The position numbers and the translations under genes are program-made. From Bacteroidota bacterium (GTDB lineage Bacteria > Bacteroidota > Bacteroidia > Bacteroidales > CAIWKO01), in NCBI GenBank assembly GCA_037128515.1, contig JBAXWF010000004.1:38319-102318 (forward strand): a DNA stretch of 64,000 bases, in the 5' to 3' direction. A model generated the notes under the pieces. It saw only the letters and a program-made list of their open reading frames with translations. It was not told where the DNA came from and made no database searches. This document shows, piece by piece, positions 18,762 to 27,901 of this stretch (the first letter of the stretch is position 1; each line of letters begins with the position of its first letter).

Positions 18762-20243
18762 CTATTTTTTTAATCGTTGTTTGTGAACATAAATATTGTA
18801 TTCTATCATTAAGGCCTCTACAAGTTCTTTTGCAATTATTTTTTGTCCTTTTTCCGAAAAATGTCCGTTCGTTACAGCAAGTTTTTTATCGGTCCAGGTT
18901 AAAATAGAATTGAGCCCCCCCATCATATTAAACAAATCCCAATAGGCACATCCAGCTTTCAAGGCAGCTTTTTTCTGAGCTTCTGTAATTTTGGGCAACC
19001 ATGCATAAGATGAGTAGCCGCCTTCGCCACCCTTGGCCATATCTCCTGCACCAATCACTAAAATACTTATATCGGGCTTTGCCTTCTTAAATTTCATGAA
19101 AAGTTTATAATAAATACCTCCAATCCATTCGCAAGCCTCGTCAGAATGAATGTAGGGCACCACATTGGCACCGTACTGAAATATGACAAGTTTGGTGTTC
19201 GTAAGATTCAACATGTCACTAAGCCTGTCATCATTAATCATCATCAATCCATCACCCGAATGACCACGGATAGCGTAATTATCAACCTGAACACCCTTAC
19301 CGCTGTCGAAATACATCCCATAAAAATCGGGGCTATTATCAGCAGTAAATTCAACTTTCACGTTCAAATAATTGCCCAATTGGGTTTTATGCAAACATAC
19401 TTTGTTGCACGATATAAGAGTATCGGATTTAATAAGGTCGCCACGAACATTATCATAAAAATTCACAATACAATCGTCGGTGGCCTTGCCATATAAAAAC
19501 GAAACAGAATTGTATGCATATTGACTACCCATTTTCATCGAAACACTGGCATTATAATAAGATTTACCTGCTTTAAATTGGTGGGTATCTTTTTTTGATG
19601 ATAAAGTGTCGTTGTCTGCATCATCTTCACTTTGATGAACAAAGTATTTGTTGAATCTAAAAACAGCACCCGAAATACCATAATTATTATCGCTGCTTCT
19701 GTCATGAAAAACAGTGTATTTTGCCCAGTTACCACTGCTTTTTCGGAAATAGCTTACAGGTGTAAGATCTTTTAAAGGCACATATCCTATGCCAGTTCCG
19801 CCAAATTTTTCATGAAATTTTTCACGAACTATGTACGACATACGGTCACCTTCCAATTGCGAATCTCCATAGTGTGCAATTCGCACCGTTATTGAATCTT
19901 TTTCGTGTAATAAGGATTTAAAAAAACCATCAAGGGCACTGCCGTCTTTTGTTACCGGATTCACCAGAAAGATATTTTGTTTTTTTGGTCCCACATTCGA
20001 AAGATTGGGGCGCTTCAATATCAAATCATCGTTTACGGTGTTCGAAAGATAGTTTTCGAGCAAACTGTCCGCATTTTTATTGGCATTTTTCAACGAAAAG
20101 TCAAATAATTTTTCAGGCGAAAGAAAACGGATATTTTCTTTTACAAAGGTTGTGGCCATAGAGTTATAATAGAACGAATAACCAACAAGCAGCAATTCTG
20201 AAATCAGAATAATAATGAGTACCCCTACAGGCTTGTTCCTCAT
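18762..20243 (-). CDS. Membrane-anchored SGNH/GDSL-like protein, paralogue of 16909-18759
   Basis: N-terminal TM segment. Block I HYGDSQLEGD aligns with HIGDSHLQAD of the neighbour. Later IRGHSGDG, FQYGANV and VTNGHFS blocks. The stop overlaps the next gene's start. Confidence 0.75.
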   Translation of the reverse strand: MRNKPVGVLIIILISELLLVGYSFYYNSMATTFVKENIRFLSPEKLFDFSLKNANKNADSLLENYLSNTVNDDLILKRPNLSNVGPKKQNIFLVNPVTKDGSALDGFFKSLLHEKDSITVRIAHYGDSQLEGDRMSYIVREKFHEKFGGTGIGYVPLKDLTPVSYFRKSSGNWAKYTVFHDRSSDNNYGISGAVFRFNKYFVHQSEDDADNDTLSSKKDTHQFKAGKSYYNASVSMKMGSQYAYNSVSFLYGKATDDCIVNFYDNVRGDLIKSDTLISCNKVCLHKTQLGNYLNVKVEFTADNSPDFYGMYFDSGKGVQVDNYAIRGHSGDGLMMINDDRLSDMLNLTNTKLVIFQYGANVVPYIHSDEACEWIGGIYYKLFMKFKKAKPDISILVIGAGDMAKGGEGGYSSYAWLPKITEAQKKAALKAGCAYWDLFNMMGGLNSILTWTDKKLAVTNGHFSEKGQKIIAKELVEALMIEYNIYVHKQRLKK

Positions 20244-20254
20244 AATATAGCCTT

Positions 20255-20500
20255 TTAGGCAGCCAGTTTGGTTTCTATTGACTTCATGAAATCACCCACG
20301 TTTTTCATAGAAATCAGTTCTTTCAGTTTAAATTTAATGGCAAATTCGGTTTCGGTGGCCGAAATCAGAATAAGATGGGTCAGCGAATCCCATTTCTCAA
20401 TATCTTTAGCAGTGGTTTCTTCCGAAATAACGATTGTATTATCTTTGAAAACCGTACAAAAGACTTGATTCAGGCGAGTTTTAATTTCATCGTAATGCAT
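20255..20500 (-). CDS. Acyl/peptidyl carrier protein (DltC-like size)
   Basis: 81 aa. EKWDSLTHLILISATE contains the DSL phosphopantetheine-attachment type serine. It lies 11 nt upstream of the SGNH gene. Confidence 0.75.
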   Translation of the reverse strand: MHYDEIKTRLNQVFCTVFKDNTIVISEETTAKDIEKWDSLTHLILISATETEFAIKFKLKELISMKNVGDFMKSIETKLAA

Positions 20501-20599
20501 AATAACGCATGTTTTTAAAAAAGAGGGACAAAGGTCGTAATAATTTAGAACATAACAAAATAATGTAGATTTTATTCTGTGCTTAAAGGCAAGGGCTTT

Positions 20600-23242
20600 T
20601 TATTTCTCTTTTTTCTCCACAGCATCCTCCTCATCCCAAATCACATTAAAATCGTATTTGTCCTTTGGCTTAATATTTTTATTTAGAGTACTGTCCTTTT
20701 TAAACCAACCAAATTCGCGATTTAAAATAGTTTTCAAGTTTTCTTTTTCTTTAACCAGATTCTCCTTCATGTTTTCTTTATACCCATCTTTATCCAGCGT
20801 TCTATATATTGGTTTATCAACAGTTCCGGTAATTCTGAAAAAATATTTTTCCTTATGAAGACCGTCGTCAATAATTTGTCCTATATCTTCAACCTTATCA
20901 TTTTTGTGTTCACCACTATTCTTAAGTTGCGATATTAATACACTTAAATGATAGTCGATAGTCTGATCAAAACCATGGGTGCCATTCAGTTTAAAGTTGA
21001 TGGCGGTGCTGTTAATTTCCATGTCCGGAATAGTAATCAACTGATCTTTTATAACAATGGTGTTTTTCAGTGTTTGAAAAGCAACATGCGAAAGGTCTCG
21101 GTTTTTTAGATATTTAGACAAACCCTTCAAGGGCTCATAATCAATCAGCTCTCCATTTTCAATTACAATATTGGCTTTAGCATAAATCGTGCGTTTTTCA
21201 ACCGTAAGTGTCGACGACCACACAGAAGCAAACTGAACATCGGCCGTGAGCACCCCCTTAAGATTATTATCTTGAAGACTTTTTTGGCCAAAATTTTCCA
21301 ATTCATAAAACAATCGTTGAATAGTCACTTTTTTAATCGAGGCATCACAACTTATCAACAGCTTGTCGGGTTGAGAACCATCAATAAGTCCCGCAAAATC
21401 AATCTTTCCATTCACGGCCTGAAGCGAAATATCCTTAGCAATTAGTTGTTTGTTTTTCATTATTATGGTACCCGAAATATTCTTTGCACTAAACTTCTTA
21501 AATACAAAATTCTTCAATTGTACGGTAAGATTAAAACCGATATTATCAGGCAAGCGAAGTTTGTAAACAGTATCATTTCTATTTTCCGAGAATTTCAAAA
21601 TTTCTCCCAAGTCAAGGTTTTGCGAAACCAAGTCGGCGTCAATTATAAGGTTTTGATTTTCTAAAAACAAATAAGGCAAAATGTTTATAAAGCGCCCTTT
21701 TAACGAAAAATCATTCGACATATAGCTTCCGGTGAAATTTTGAGATTCCACATCGTTGTTGTTAAAAACAAAATTTCCGTTTAAGTTCATAAACTTTTGT
21801 TGCTTTCCCTTTAAAATAATATTGGCGTTCTCAAGGTCCATCTTACCCGTGCATGTACTCGAAATAAAATCTTTCATTGTAAAGCGGTCAGAATTTTCAA
21901 TTATTCCTTTAAAATCGGCCTGTACCACAATTCTCCCATCGGCAGATTCAATGGTATCCAATTTAATAAAATCAATAAAATCCTTTAAGCCCAGGTTGGC
22001 CGATACTTTTAATTCGATCTCCGGCTTCAAAAAGTTGTGAATCGATACATTTCCATTGATAGTACCATCATTTAATGAAGAGGAAAATCCGGTGATATTT
22101 AATCGAGAGGTTTGTTTTTCATGTTTAGCTCCATTCGAATATACCGCACTAAAACCCACGTTTTTCAAAGCAATAGCATTTTCCGAACGAACAATCTCTC
22201 CTTTGCTGAGTCCAAACGAAACATATATGGCGGGAGTAGCATTGTTTCCAACATAACCCTTGATACTTGCCTGAAAGTAAAAATCACCCGAGCATTCATA
22301 TCCATTAAAATAGGAACGGTATTGGGGGGGCAATTCGTTAACAAACGATTGCAGCCGCATCTTTTTCCCATCAATTTGCAAATCTGTGTAAGTAAGGCTA
22401 TCGGCATACGAAATATTTCCGCCAACCGAAAAAACAAGCTTACCCATAGCAATACTCGATTCTTTAAAAGAGAGGTATTTTTCCTTGCTATTAATGTATA
22501 ATGTAGCGTCCACAACGCTTCCTTTGTTTGCCAAATACAGCTCGTTTCCCGATTTTATGTTCTGAACATAAATATCGCCGTCTATATCCAATGTATACTC
22601 AACATCCGAAAACCTGCCTTTAAACAATGCCTCTTTAACCAAAAAAGTAAAGTTCTGCTGTCGTCCATAGTCGATATACGATATTTTTACTTTATTCAAC
22701 ACAACTTTTTGCAAATCAAAGGAAAATTTCGAACTTGCAGTATCGGTCGATGGTTTCCAAAAATGATAATTATCGCTTCGGTCTTTATACGTTTTTATAA
22801 GGACAATAGCCTCATCAATTGCTATTCTTTTTATGTGATACTCACCGAATAGCATATTCCAAATACTAAATTCCAGAGAAACACTTTTCGCTTCAAGCAA
22901 GTTTTTTTTATTTTTTTTATCCGCTATGGCATCAAGAATTATAACATGATTAAAACTAACCGATGCATAAGGAAACTTTTTAAATATGGAAAATTGAATG
23001 TCGCGATTTACATCCTGAACAATAATTTCGGTATTTAAACGCTTATTGAGTTCGTTGATGATGATTCGCTTAACGGTATCCTCATAATAATACCCCATGA
23101 AAATACCAATACAACCAAAAAACACGAATACAACCAAAAGAGTTATGGCGGCCTTTTTAAGTCGTTTGGCTACTTTCGGATTTTTTATCCTTAAACTTAG
23201 CTTTTTCACCGGGTTTTTTTGCAAATTTAATTCAACTATCAT
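20600..23242 (-). CDS. AsmA-family outer-membrane biogenesis protein
   Basis: 880 aa with a single N-terminal TM segment (AAITLLVVFVFFGCIGIFMGYYY), followed by a long beta-rich periplasmic region and a basic C-terminal tail. Architecture is typical of AsmA-like proteins. Confidence 0.65.
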   Translation of the reverse strand: MIVELNLQKNPVKKLSLRIKNPKVAKRLKKAAITLLVVFVFFGCIGIFMGYYYEDTVKRIIINELNKRLNTEIIVQDVNRDIQFSIFKKFPYASVSFNHVIILDAIADKKNKKNLLEAKSVSLEFSIWNMLFGEYHIKRIAIDEAIVLIKTYKDRSDNYHFWKPSTDTASSKFSFDLQKVVLNKVKISYIDYGRQQNFTFLVKEALFKGRFSDVEYTLDIDGDIYVQNIKSGNELYLANKGSVVDATLYINSKEKYLSFKESSIAMGKLVFSVGGNISYADSLTYTDLQIDGKKMRLQSFVNELPPQYRSYFNGYECSGDFYFQASIKGYVGNNATPAIYVSFGLSKGEIVRSENAIALKNVGFSAVYSNGAKHEKQTSRLNITGFSSSLNDGTINGNVSIHNFLKPEIELKVSANLGLKDFIDFIKLDTIESADGRIVVQADFKGIIENSDRFTMKDFISSTCTGKMDLENANIILKGKQQKFMNLNGNFVFNNNDVESQNFTGSYMSNDFSLKGRFINILPYLFLENQNLIIDADLVSQNLDLGEILKFSENRNDTVYKLRLPDNIGFNLTVQLKNFVFKKFSAKNISGTIIMKNKQLIAKDISLQAVNGKIDFAGLIDGSQPDKLLISCDASIKKVTIQRLFYELENFGQKSLQDNNLKGVLTADVQFASVWSSTLTVEKRTIYAKANIVIENGELIDYEPLKGLSKYLKNRDLSHVAFQTLKNTIVIKDQLITIPDMEINSTAINFKLNGTHGFDQTIDYHLSVLISQLKNSGEHKNDKVEDIGQIIDDGLHKEKYFFRITGTVDKPIYRTLDKDGYKENMKENLVKEKENLKTILNREFGWFKKDSTLNKNIKPKDKYDFNVIWDEEDAVEKKEK

Positions 23243-23367
23243 TTATTAAACGTAAAAACAACAACTTTTTATACACAACCCACTGTTTGTTTTTCATTAT
23301 TATTATTTCCCTGAACAGAATTATGGAAAAAATTTTACATTTTCTTTGAACTTTATCAATAATAATT

Positions 23368-23375
23368 TAACTTTG
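23368..23375 (+). promoter_or_regulatory. -7 box TAacTTTG
   Basis: Matches TAnnTTTG and ends 15 nt before the ATG at 23390. Confidence 0.4.
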
Positions 23376-23389
23376 AAAAAAAAATAATT

Positions 23390-24409
23390 ATGAAACGGGC
23401 AATCATTTTCATTTTTCTTGCTGTAGCATCCGCTTTTTCTGGGTTTTCTCAAAACACCACCACAATGCTGCAAAAAATAGCTCCCTCTTTGGTTTTACTG
23501 AAAAGTGATGCCAAAACCAACTACGGGTTTTTTATTTCAAAAAACACCGTACTTACTACCATCGGAAATTATAAAAATTGTCAGGCACTTATGAATAACG
23601 GAAAAATTGCGAATATTCTCGGATATACTGCCGTTGATGCCGAAAACGACCTGGTTCTTCTTAAAATAGATTACGATAGTGCCACGCCCTTAATTGTCGC
23701 ACCCTACGAGCCAGTGTCCGGGCAAAATGTTTTAATAACAAACCAGGTTGTCGGCGAAAAACAAGGAATGAGTCCGGGCAAGCTGAAAGCACTCAAAGAC
23801 TATGGTAATATTAAATTAATTACAATTATTTCAGCCGCTCAATACCAAACGCCTGGATTACCCATCATGGATTCTTTGGGAAATGTTATTGGCATGTCGG
23901 TTAGTCCACCCATTTTAGATCCCATCACAAGTTTTGCTTCACCTTCCGAAAAAATAGCCAATCTTATTAACAACATGGGCGATTTGCGCGATTTAGATAT
24001 TTTGGCCTCTATGGTGGAAAGCAAAAATAAACAATCCTATGTTGTAGTGCCCATAAGCAAAACTGCACAAGAACTTTTCGACCAAGGGATAATGCGCATT
24101 AAAGAAAAAGAATATAATGCTGCGATCGAAAAATTTACCTTGCTCATTCGCATAAACCCCGAAGATGCCGATGCGTATGCGTTTCGCGGTCAGGCAAAGT
24201 GTTATCAACTGCGCTTTACCGAAGCGCTCGAAGATTTTAACAAAGCACTGATTTTGCAACCCGAATTTGCCGAAGTTTACGACATGCGCGGTGTGTGCAA
24301 AGCCGAACTGGGCGACAAAGAGGGTGCCTGCCAAGACTGGAAACTGTCTTACGAAAAAGGATACGACCCGGCGTTTAAACTAATCGAAAAATTCTGCGAA
24401 CTGGAGTAG
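23390..24409 (+). CDS. Secreted trypsin-fold-like domain (apparently non-catalytic) fused to TPR repeats
   Basis: Signal peptide present. S1C-like blocks (ENDLVLLKI, GLPIMDSLGNVIGM) are present, but the usual TNxHV His and GxSGGP Ser are not evident. C-terminal TPRs (AYAFRGQAKCY.., AEVYDMRGVCK..). Confidence 0.6.
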   Translation: MKRAIIFIFLAVASAFSGFSQNTTTMLQKIAPSLVLLKSDAKTNYGFFISKNTVLTTIGNYKNCQALMNNGKIANILGYTAVDAENDLVLLKIDYDSATPLIVAPYEPVSGQNVLITNQVVGEKQGMSPGKLKALKDYGNIKLITIISAAQYQTPGLPIMDSLGNVIGMSVSPPILDPITSFASPSEKIANLINNMGDLRDLDILASMVESKNKQSYVVVPISKTAQELFDQGIMRIKEKEYNAAIEKFTLLIRINPEDADAYAFRGQAKCYQLRFTEALEDFNKALILQPEFAEVYDMRGVCKAELGDKEGACQDWKLSYEKGYDPAFKLIEKFCELE

Positions 24410-24440
24410 CTATCCTTTTCAGAATCATAAAACCACCAAC

Positions 24441-26150
24441 TTGTTTTTCAATAAATACCTTACGCTGCTTCTGTGTGTCCTTAATGGCTTGCCTTTTGTA
24501 TTTTCGCAAACGCTAGCACCAAATCGCAATTTCCGTTTGCCCTTAGATATTTTGCCTGTGATAAGTGGCACATTCGGCGAACTTCGTTCCGATCATTTTC
24601 ATTCGGGTCTCGATTTTTCAACGCAGAACAAAGAAAACGTCAACGTGTTTTGCATTGACAACGGCTATGTTTCGCGCATCAAGATTTCTGCCACAGGCTA
24701 CGGAAAAGTAATTTATGTGACACATGCCAACGGATGGGTTACGGTGTATGCACACTTGAACGAGTTCAATGTGGTGGTTGAAGATTATGTCAGGCGCAAA
24801 CAATACGAACAAAAAACCTACGAAATAGAATTGTTTCCCAACCCAGCCTTGTTTCATGTCAAAAAAGGCGACATCATCGGCTATTCGGGCAACACAGGGG
24901 CTTCTTCGGGTCCGCATTTGCATTTCGAGTTTCGCAATGCGCGCACCGAACTGCCCATCAACCCCTTTTATTTTGGCACCTATCCTGTTGACAAGCTAAG
25001 CCCCGACATCGAAAAAATATACTTCTACACAACCAGCGCGGAGGGTATAAACAAAACCGCTGTCGACATCCAAAAGGTAGGAAACGGTTTCAAACCAAAA
25101 ACCAACGACACACTAACGGTGTCGGGCAAAACATTTTTTGGCATCGCGGCATCCGACAATATCAACAACGGGGGCACTTGCGGAATTTATGCCCTGAAAA
25201 TACTTGTCGATTCCACCCTGGTTTTCAATCTGCATTTCGATTCGTTGAGCTTCAACGATGGCCGATACATCAACACCCTCATTGATTATCCCGAATATGT
25301 AACGCGGGGCAAACGCATCATTCAAACCTATGTAGCCCCAGGTAATCGTTTGAACAATAATGTGGATGCGCTAAACAATGGCCTCTGGCAAATTACCGAC
25401 ACCTGTGTGCATATGGTAAAATTTTGGGTTTACGACTTTCAGGGCAACCTTTCTTCGGTTGAGAAAACGGTGAAATGGAAACCCGAAATTAGCAAGCAAA
25501 ACGAGTCAAACAAAACCGTTTTACCGCTTTTTCGTTATGGGTTGAAAAACCATTTCGAAGCCGAAAACATTACAGTCGATTTGCCTCCCGACGCCCTCTA
25601 CGATTCCATTTATTTTGATTGCCAAACTCTAGCCGCAAGCAAACAAACCTATTCAAAGATTTTTAAGATTCACAACAACCTTACACCCATTCACTCCTTT
25701 GCAACCCTGAAAATAAAACCCGACACCACTCTGCCCCTTGCCATGCGCGAAAAACTCACCCTGGCCGAGGTTTCGGGAAAGAACTTTGTGTATACACGCA
25801 GCGAATGGGCTGGCGAGTACCTGTCGGCAAAAATACGCCGCTTTGGCAACTATGCCATTGTGGCCGATACCATCGCGCCCGAAATAGCTTATCTGGGCAT
25901 GGGGGGCTCCAAAAAAATCGACACCGACGGACAAATCAAATTTAAAATTACCGACGATTTTTCAGGCATAGCCACCTACCAACTCACCATCAACGGCCAA
26001 TGGGTGTTGGCTGCCTACGATGCCAAATCAGATATGCTTATCTACAAAACCGACCCCCTGCAATTCAAAAAAGGGAGCAACGATATCGAAGTGCGGGTAA
26101 CCGACAAGCTCAACAACCAACGCATTTTCCGCACCACCATCAACTATTAA
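24441..26150 (+). CDS. M23 family metallopeptidase, long form
   Basis: 569 aa with a TTG start. HFHSGLDF (HxxxD) and GPHLHFEF (HxH) motifs, followed by about 380 aa of beta-rich C-terminal region. Confidence 0.85.
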   Translation: MFFNKYLTLLLCVLNGLPFVFSQTLAPNRNFRLPLDILPVISGTFGELRSDHFHSGLDFSTQNKENVNVFCIDNGYVSRIKISATGYGKVIYVTHANGWVTVYAHLNEFNVVVEDYVRRKQYEQKTYEIELFPNPALFHVKKGDIIGYSGNTGASSGPHLHFEFRNARTELPINPFYFGTYPVDKLSPDIEKIYFYTTSAEGINKTAVDIQKVGNGFKPKTNDTLTVSGKTFFGIAASDNINNGGTCGIYALKILVDSTLVFNLHFDSLSFNDGRYINTLIDYPEYVTRGKRIIQTYVAPGNRLNNNVDALNNGLWQITDTCVHMVKFWVYDFQGNLSSVEKTVKWKPEISKQNESNKTVLPLFRYGLKNHFEAENITVDLPPDALYDSIYFDCQTLAASKQTYSKIFKIHNNLTPIHSFATLKIKPDTTLPLAMREKLTLAEVSGKNFVYTRSEWAGEYLSAKIRRFGNYAIVADTIAPEIAYLGMGGSKKIDTDGQIKFKITDDFSGIATYQLTINGQWVLAAYDAKSDMLIYKTDPLQFKKGSNDIEVRVTDKLNNQRIFRTTINY

Positions 26151-26206
26151 CCCGGTCGCACACCTAGATTTGGTTTGATTTTTGTTTGCACTCCAATTAA
26201 AATCTT

Positions 26207-26214
26207 TAACTTTG
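26207..26214 (+). promoter_or_regulatory. -7 box TAacTTTG
   Basis: Ends 21 nt before the ATG at 26235, supporting that start over 26175. Confidence 0.4.
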
Positions 26215-26234
26215 TAGAACCAAACGAGTCCAAA

Positions 26235-26783
26235 ATGAAAAAAAACCTTACCGTGGCAGCCCTTTCCCTTCTTTTCGCGAGCGTTTCCTTGTCGGGATTT
26301 GCCCAAAGCAGCATCTTACCCATCGATTCCATCACCAAGCTTATCACCTATAAAGAAGTGGTGCAGCAAGAAGCCGATGTGAACAAATTATACGTCACAG
26401 CCATTGCCTGGATTAATGCCAACTATAAAAACCCCAACGAAGCTACCACCGTGCGCGACCCCGAAAACGGCAAAATCGTCATTCGGCACCGTTTCAAAAT
26501 CTATAATTTTGATGTAAAAACAGGCGACAAATCCGATGCCGGAGCAATTATTTATACCCTGAAGTTAGAATTTAAACCAAACAAATATCGGTATATTTTC
26601 ACCGACTTTTCACTGGAAGCAACCTCAAAATTCCCGCTCGAGCGTTGGCTCAACAAAAAAGACCCGCAATACACACCCGCTTGCGAAGAATACATAAAAC
26701 AGGTGAACACTTGGGTAACCGACATGATTGTGAGCCTCAAAAAAGGAATGGTCCCCAAAGTGGAAACACCCGACACCTGGTAA
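26235..26783 (+). CDS. Secreted DUF4468-like (TBP-fold) protein
   Basis: Signal peptide MKKNLTVAALSLLFASVSLSGFAQ. Layout ITYKEVV...LYVTAIAWINANYKN...IIYTLKLEFKPNKYRYIFTDF resembles DUF4468 (from memory). Confidence 0.55.
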   Translation: MKKNLTVAALSLLFASVSLSGFAQSSILPIDSITKLITYKEVVQQEADVNKLYVTAIAWINANYKNPNEATTVRDPENGKIVIRHRFKIYNFDVKTGDKSDAGAIIYTLKLEFKPNKYRYIFTDFSLEATSKFPLERWLNKKDPQYTPACEEYIKQVNTWVTDMIVSLKKGMVPKVETPDTW

Positions 26784-26812
26784 CCAAATCCACAAAAGTT
26801 TCAAAAGATTAG

Positions 26813-26836
26813 AGCGGAAGTTTTTCCGCTTTTTTT
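26813..26836 (+). terminator. Rho-independent terminator
   Basis: Stem agcggaa/ttccgct with a 4-nt loop and a T6 run, 30 nt after the stop at 26783. Confidence 0.7.
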
Positions 26837-26843
26837 ATCTTTG
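26836..26843 (+). promoter_or_regulatory. -7 box TAtcTTTG upstream of add
   Basis: Matches TAnnTTTG and ends 18 nt before the ATG at 26861. Confidence 0.45.
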
Positions 26844-26860
26844 TAAAAAAACCACACCCT

Positions 26861-27901
26861 ATGAACCACGACAACATCCTCGAATTTATATACAAGATCC
26901 CCAAAGCCGAACAGCATCTGCACATCGAAGGCACTCTCGAACCCGCCATGATATTTGAAATTGCCAGACGCAATAACATCGTGTTGAAATATCGCGACGC
27001 CCACGAATTGCGTGCCGCCTATAACTTCAGCAATTTGCAGGAGTTTTTAGATATTTATTATCTCTGCTCGCGGGTCCTGAAAACGTATTCCGATTTCTAC
27101 GAAATCGCCATGGCCTATTACACCACAGCATTCCATCAGAGTGTTGTGCACTCCGAAATCTTTTTCGATCCGCAAACACACCTCCAAAACGGCGTTCCCT
27201 TTTCCGTGTTTTTCAATGCTATCAGCGATGCTGCCCGCGATGCTAAAAAGCGATTTGGCCACGATGTGAGCTTCATTATGTGTTTCTTGCGCCACTTGTC
27301 CGAAGAGTCGGCCTTAGAAACCCTCGAAATGGCCTTGCCTTTCAAAAAGAAAATTATCGGTATCGGGCTCGACTCTTCCGAACTCGGCAACCCACCCAAA
27401 AAATTCGAACGCCTGTTCGAAAAAGCACGTCAATACGGTTTTCATACCGTCGCACATGCCGGCGAAGAAGGTCCGGTGGAATACATTCACCAAGCACTGG
27501 ATTTGCTCAAAGTACAACGCATCGACCACGGCAACCGCGCCATCGACGACGAATCCTTAATCCAAAAACTCGCTCAATCCCAAATTCCCCTCACACTGTG
27601 TCCGCTTTCCAATAAAAAACTGAAAGTGATAAATGATTTTAAAGAGCACCCCCTAAAACACTTTTTAGATAAAAACGTGCTCGCCACAGTCAACTCCGAC
27701 GACCCTGCTTTTTTTGGTGGCTACTTAAGCGAAAACCTTATGGTAGTGCAACAGGCATTGAATTTAGATAAAAACGATATCATTACACTGGCAAAAAATT
27801 CATTCCGCGCATCCTTTATGTCCGACAAAAAAAAGGAAGATTACATCGAAATGGTCGACGATTTTGTAACACATTTCAACAAACAAAATCCCCCAAAGTG
27901 A
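26861..27901 (+). CDS. add: Adenosine/adenine deaminase family protein
   Basis: 346 aa. Metal-binding HLHIEG, HAGE and SDDPAFF motifs of the adenosine deaminase superfamily. Confidence 0.85.
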   Translation: MNHDNILEFIYKIPKAEQHLHIEGTLEPAMIFEIARRNNIVLKYRDAHELRAAYNFSNLQEFLDIYYLCSRVLKTYSDFYEIAMAYYTTAFHQSVVHSEIFFDPQTHLQNGVPFSVFFNAISDAARDAKKRFGHDVSFIMCFLRHLSEESALETLEMALPFKKKIIGIGLDSSELGNPPKKFERLFEKARQYGFHTVAHAGEEGPVEYIHQALDLLKVQRIDHGNRAIDDESLIQKLAQSQIPLTLCPLSNKKLKVINDFKEHPLKHFLDKNVLATVNSDDPAFFGGYLSENLMVVQQALNLDKNDIITLAKNSFRASFMSDKKKEDYIEMVDDFVTHFNKQNPPK

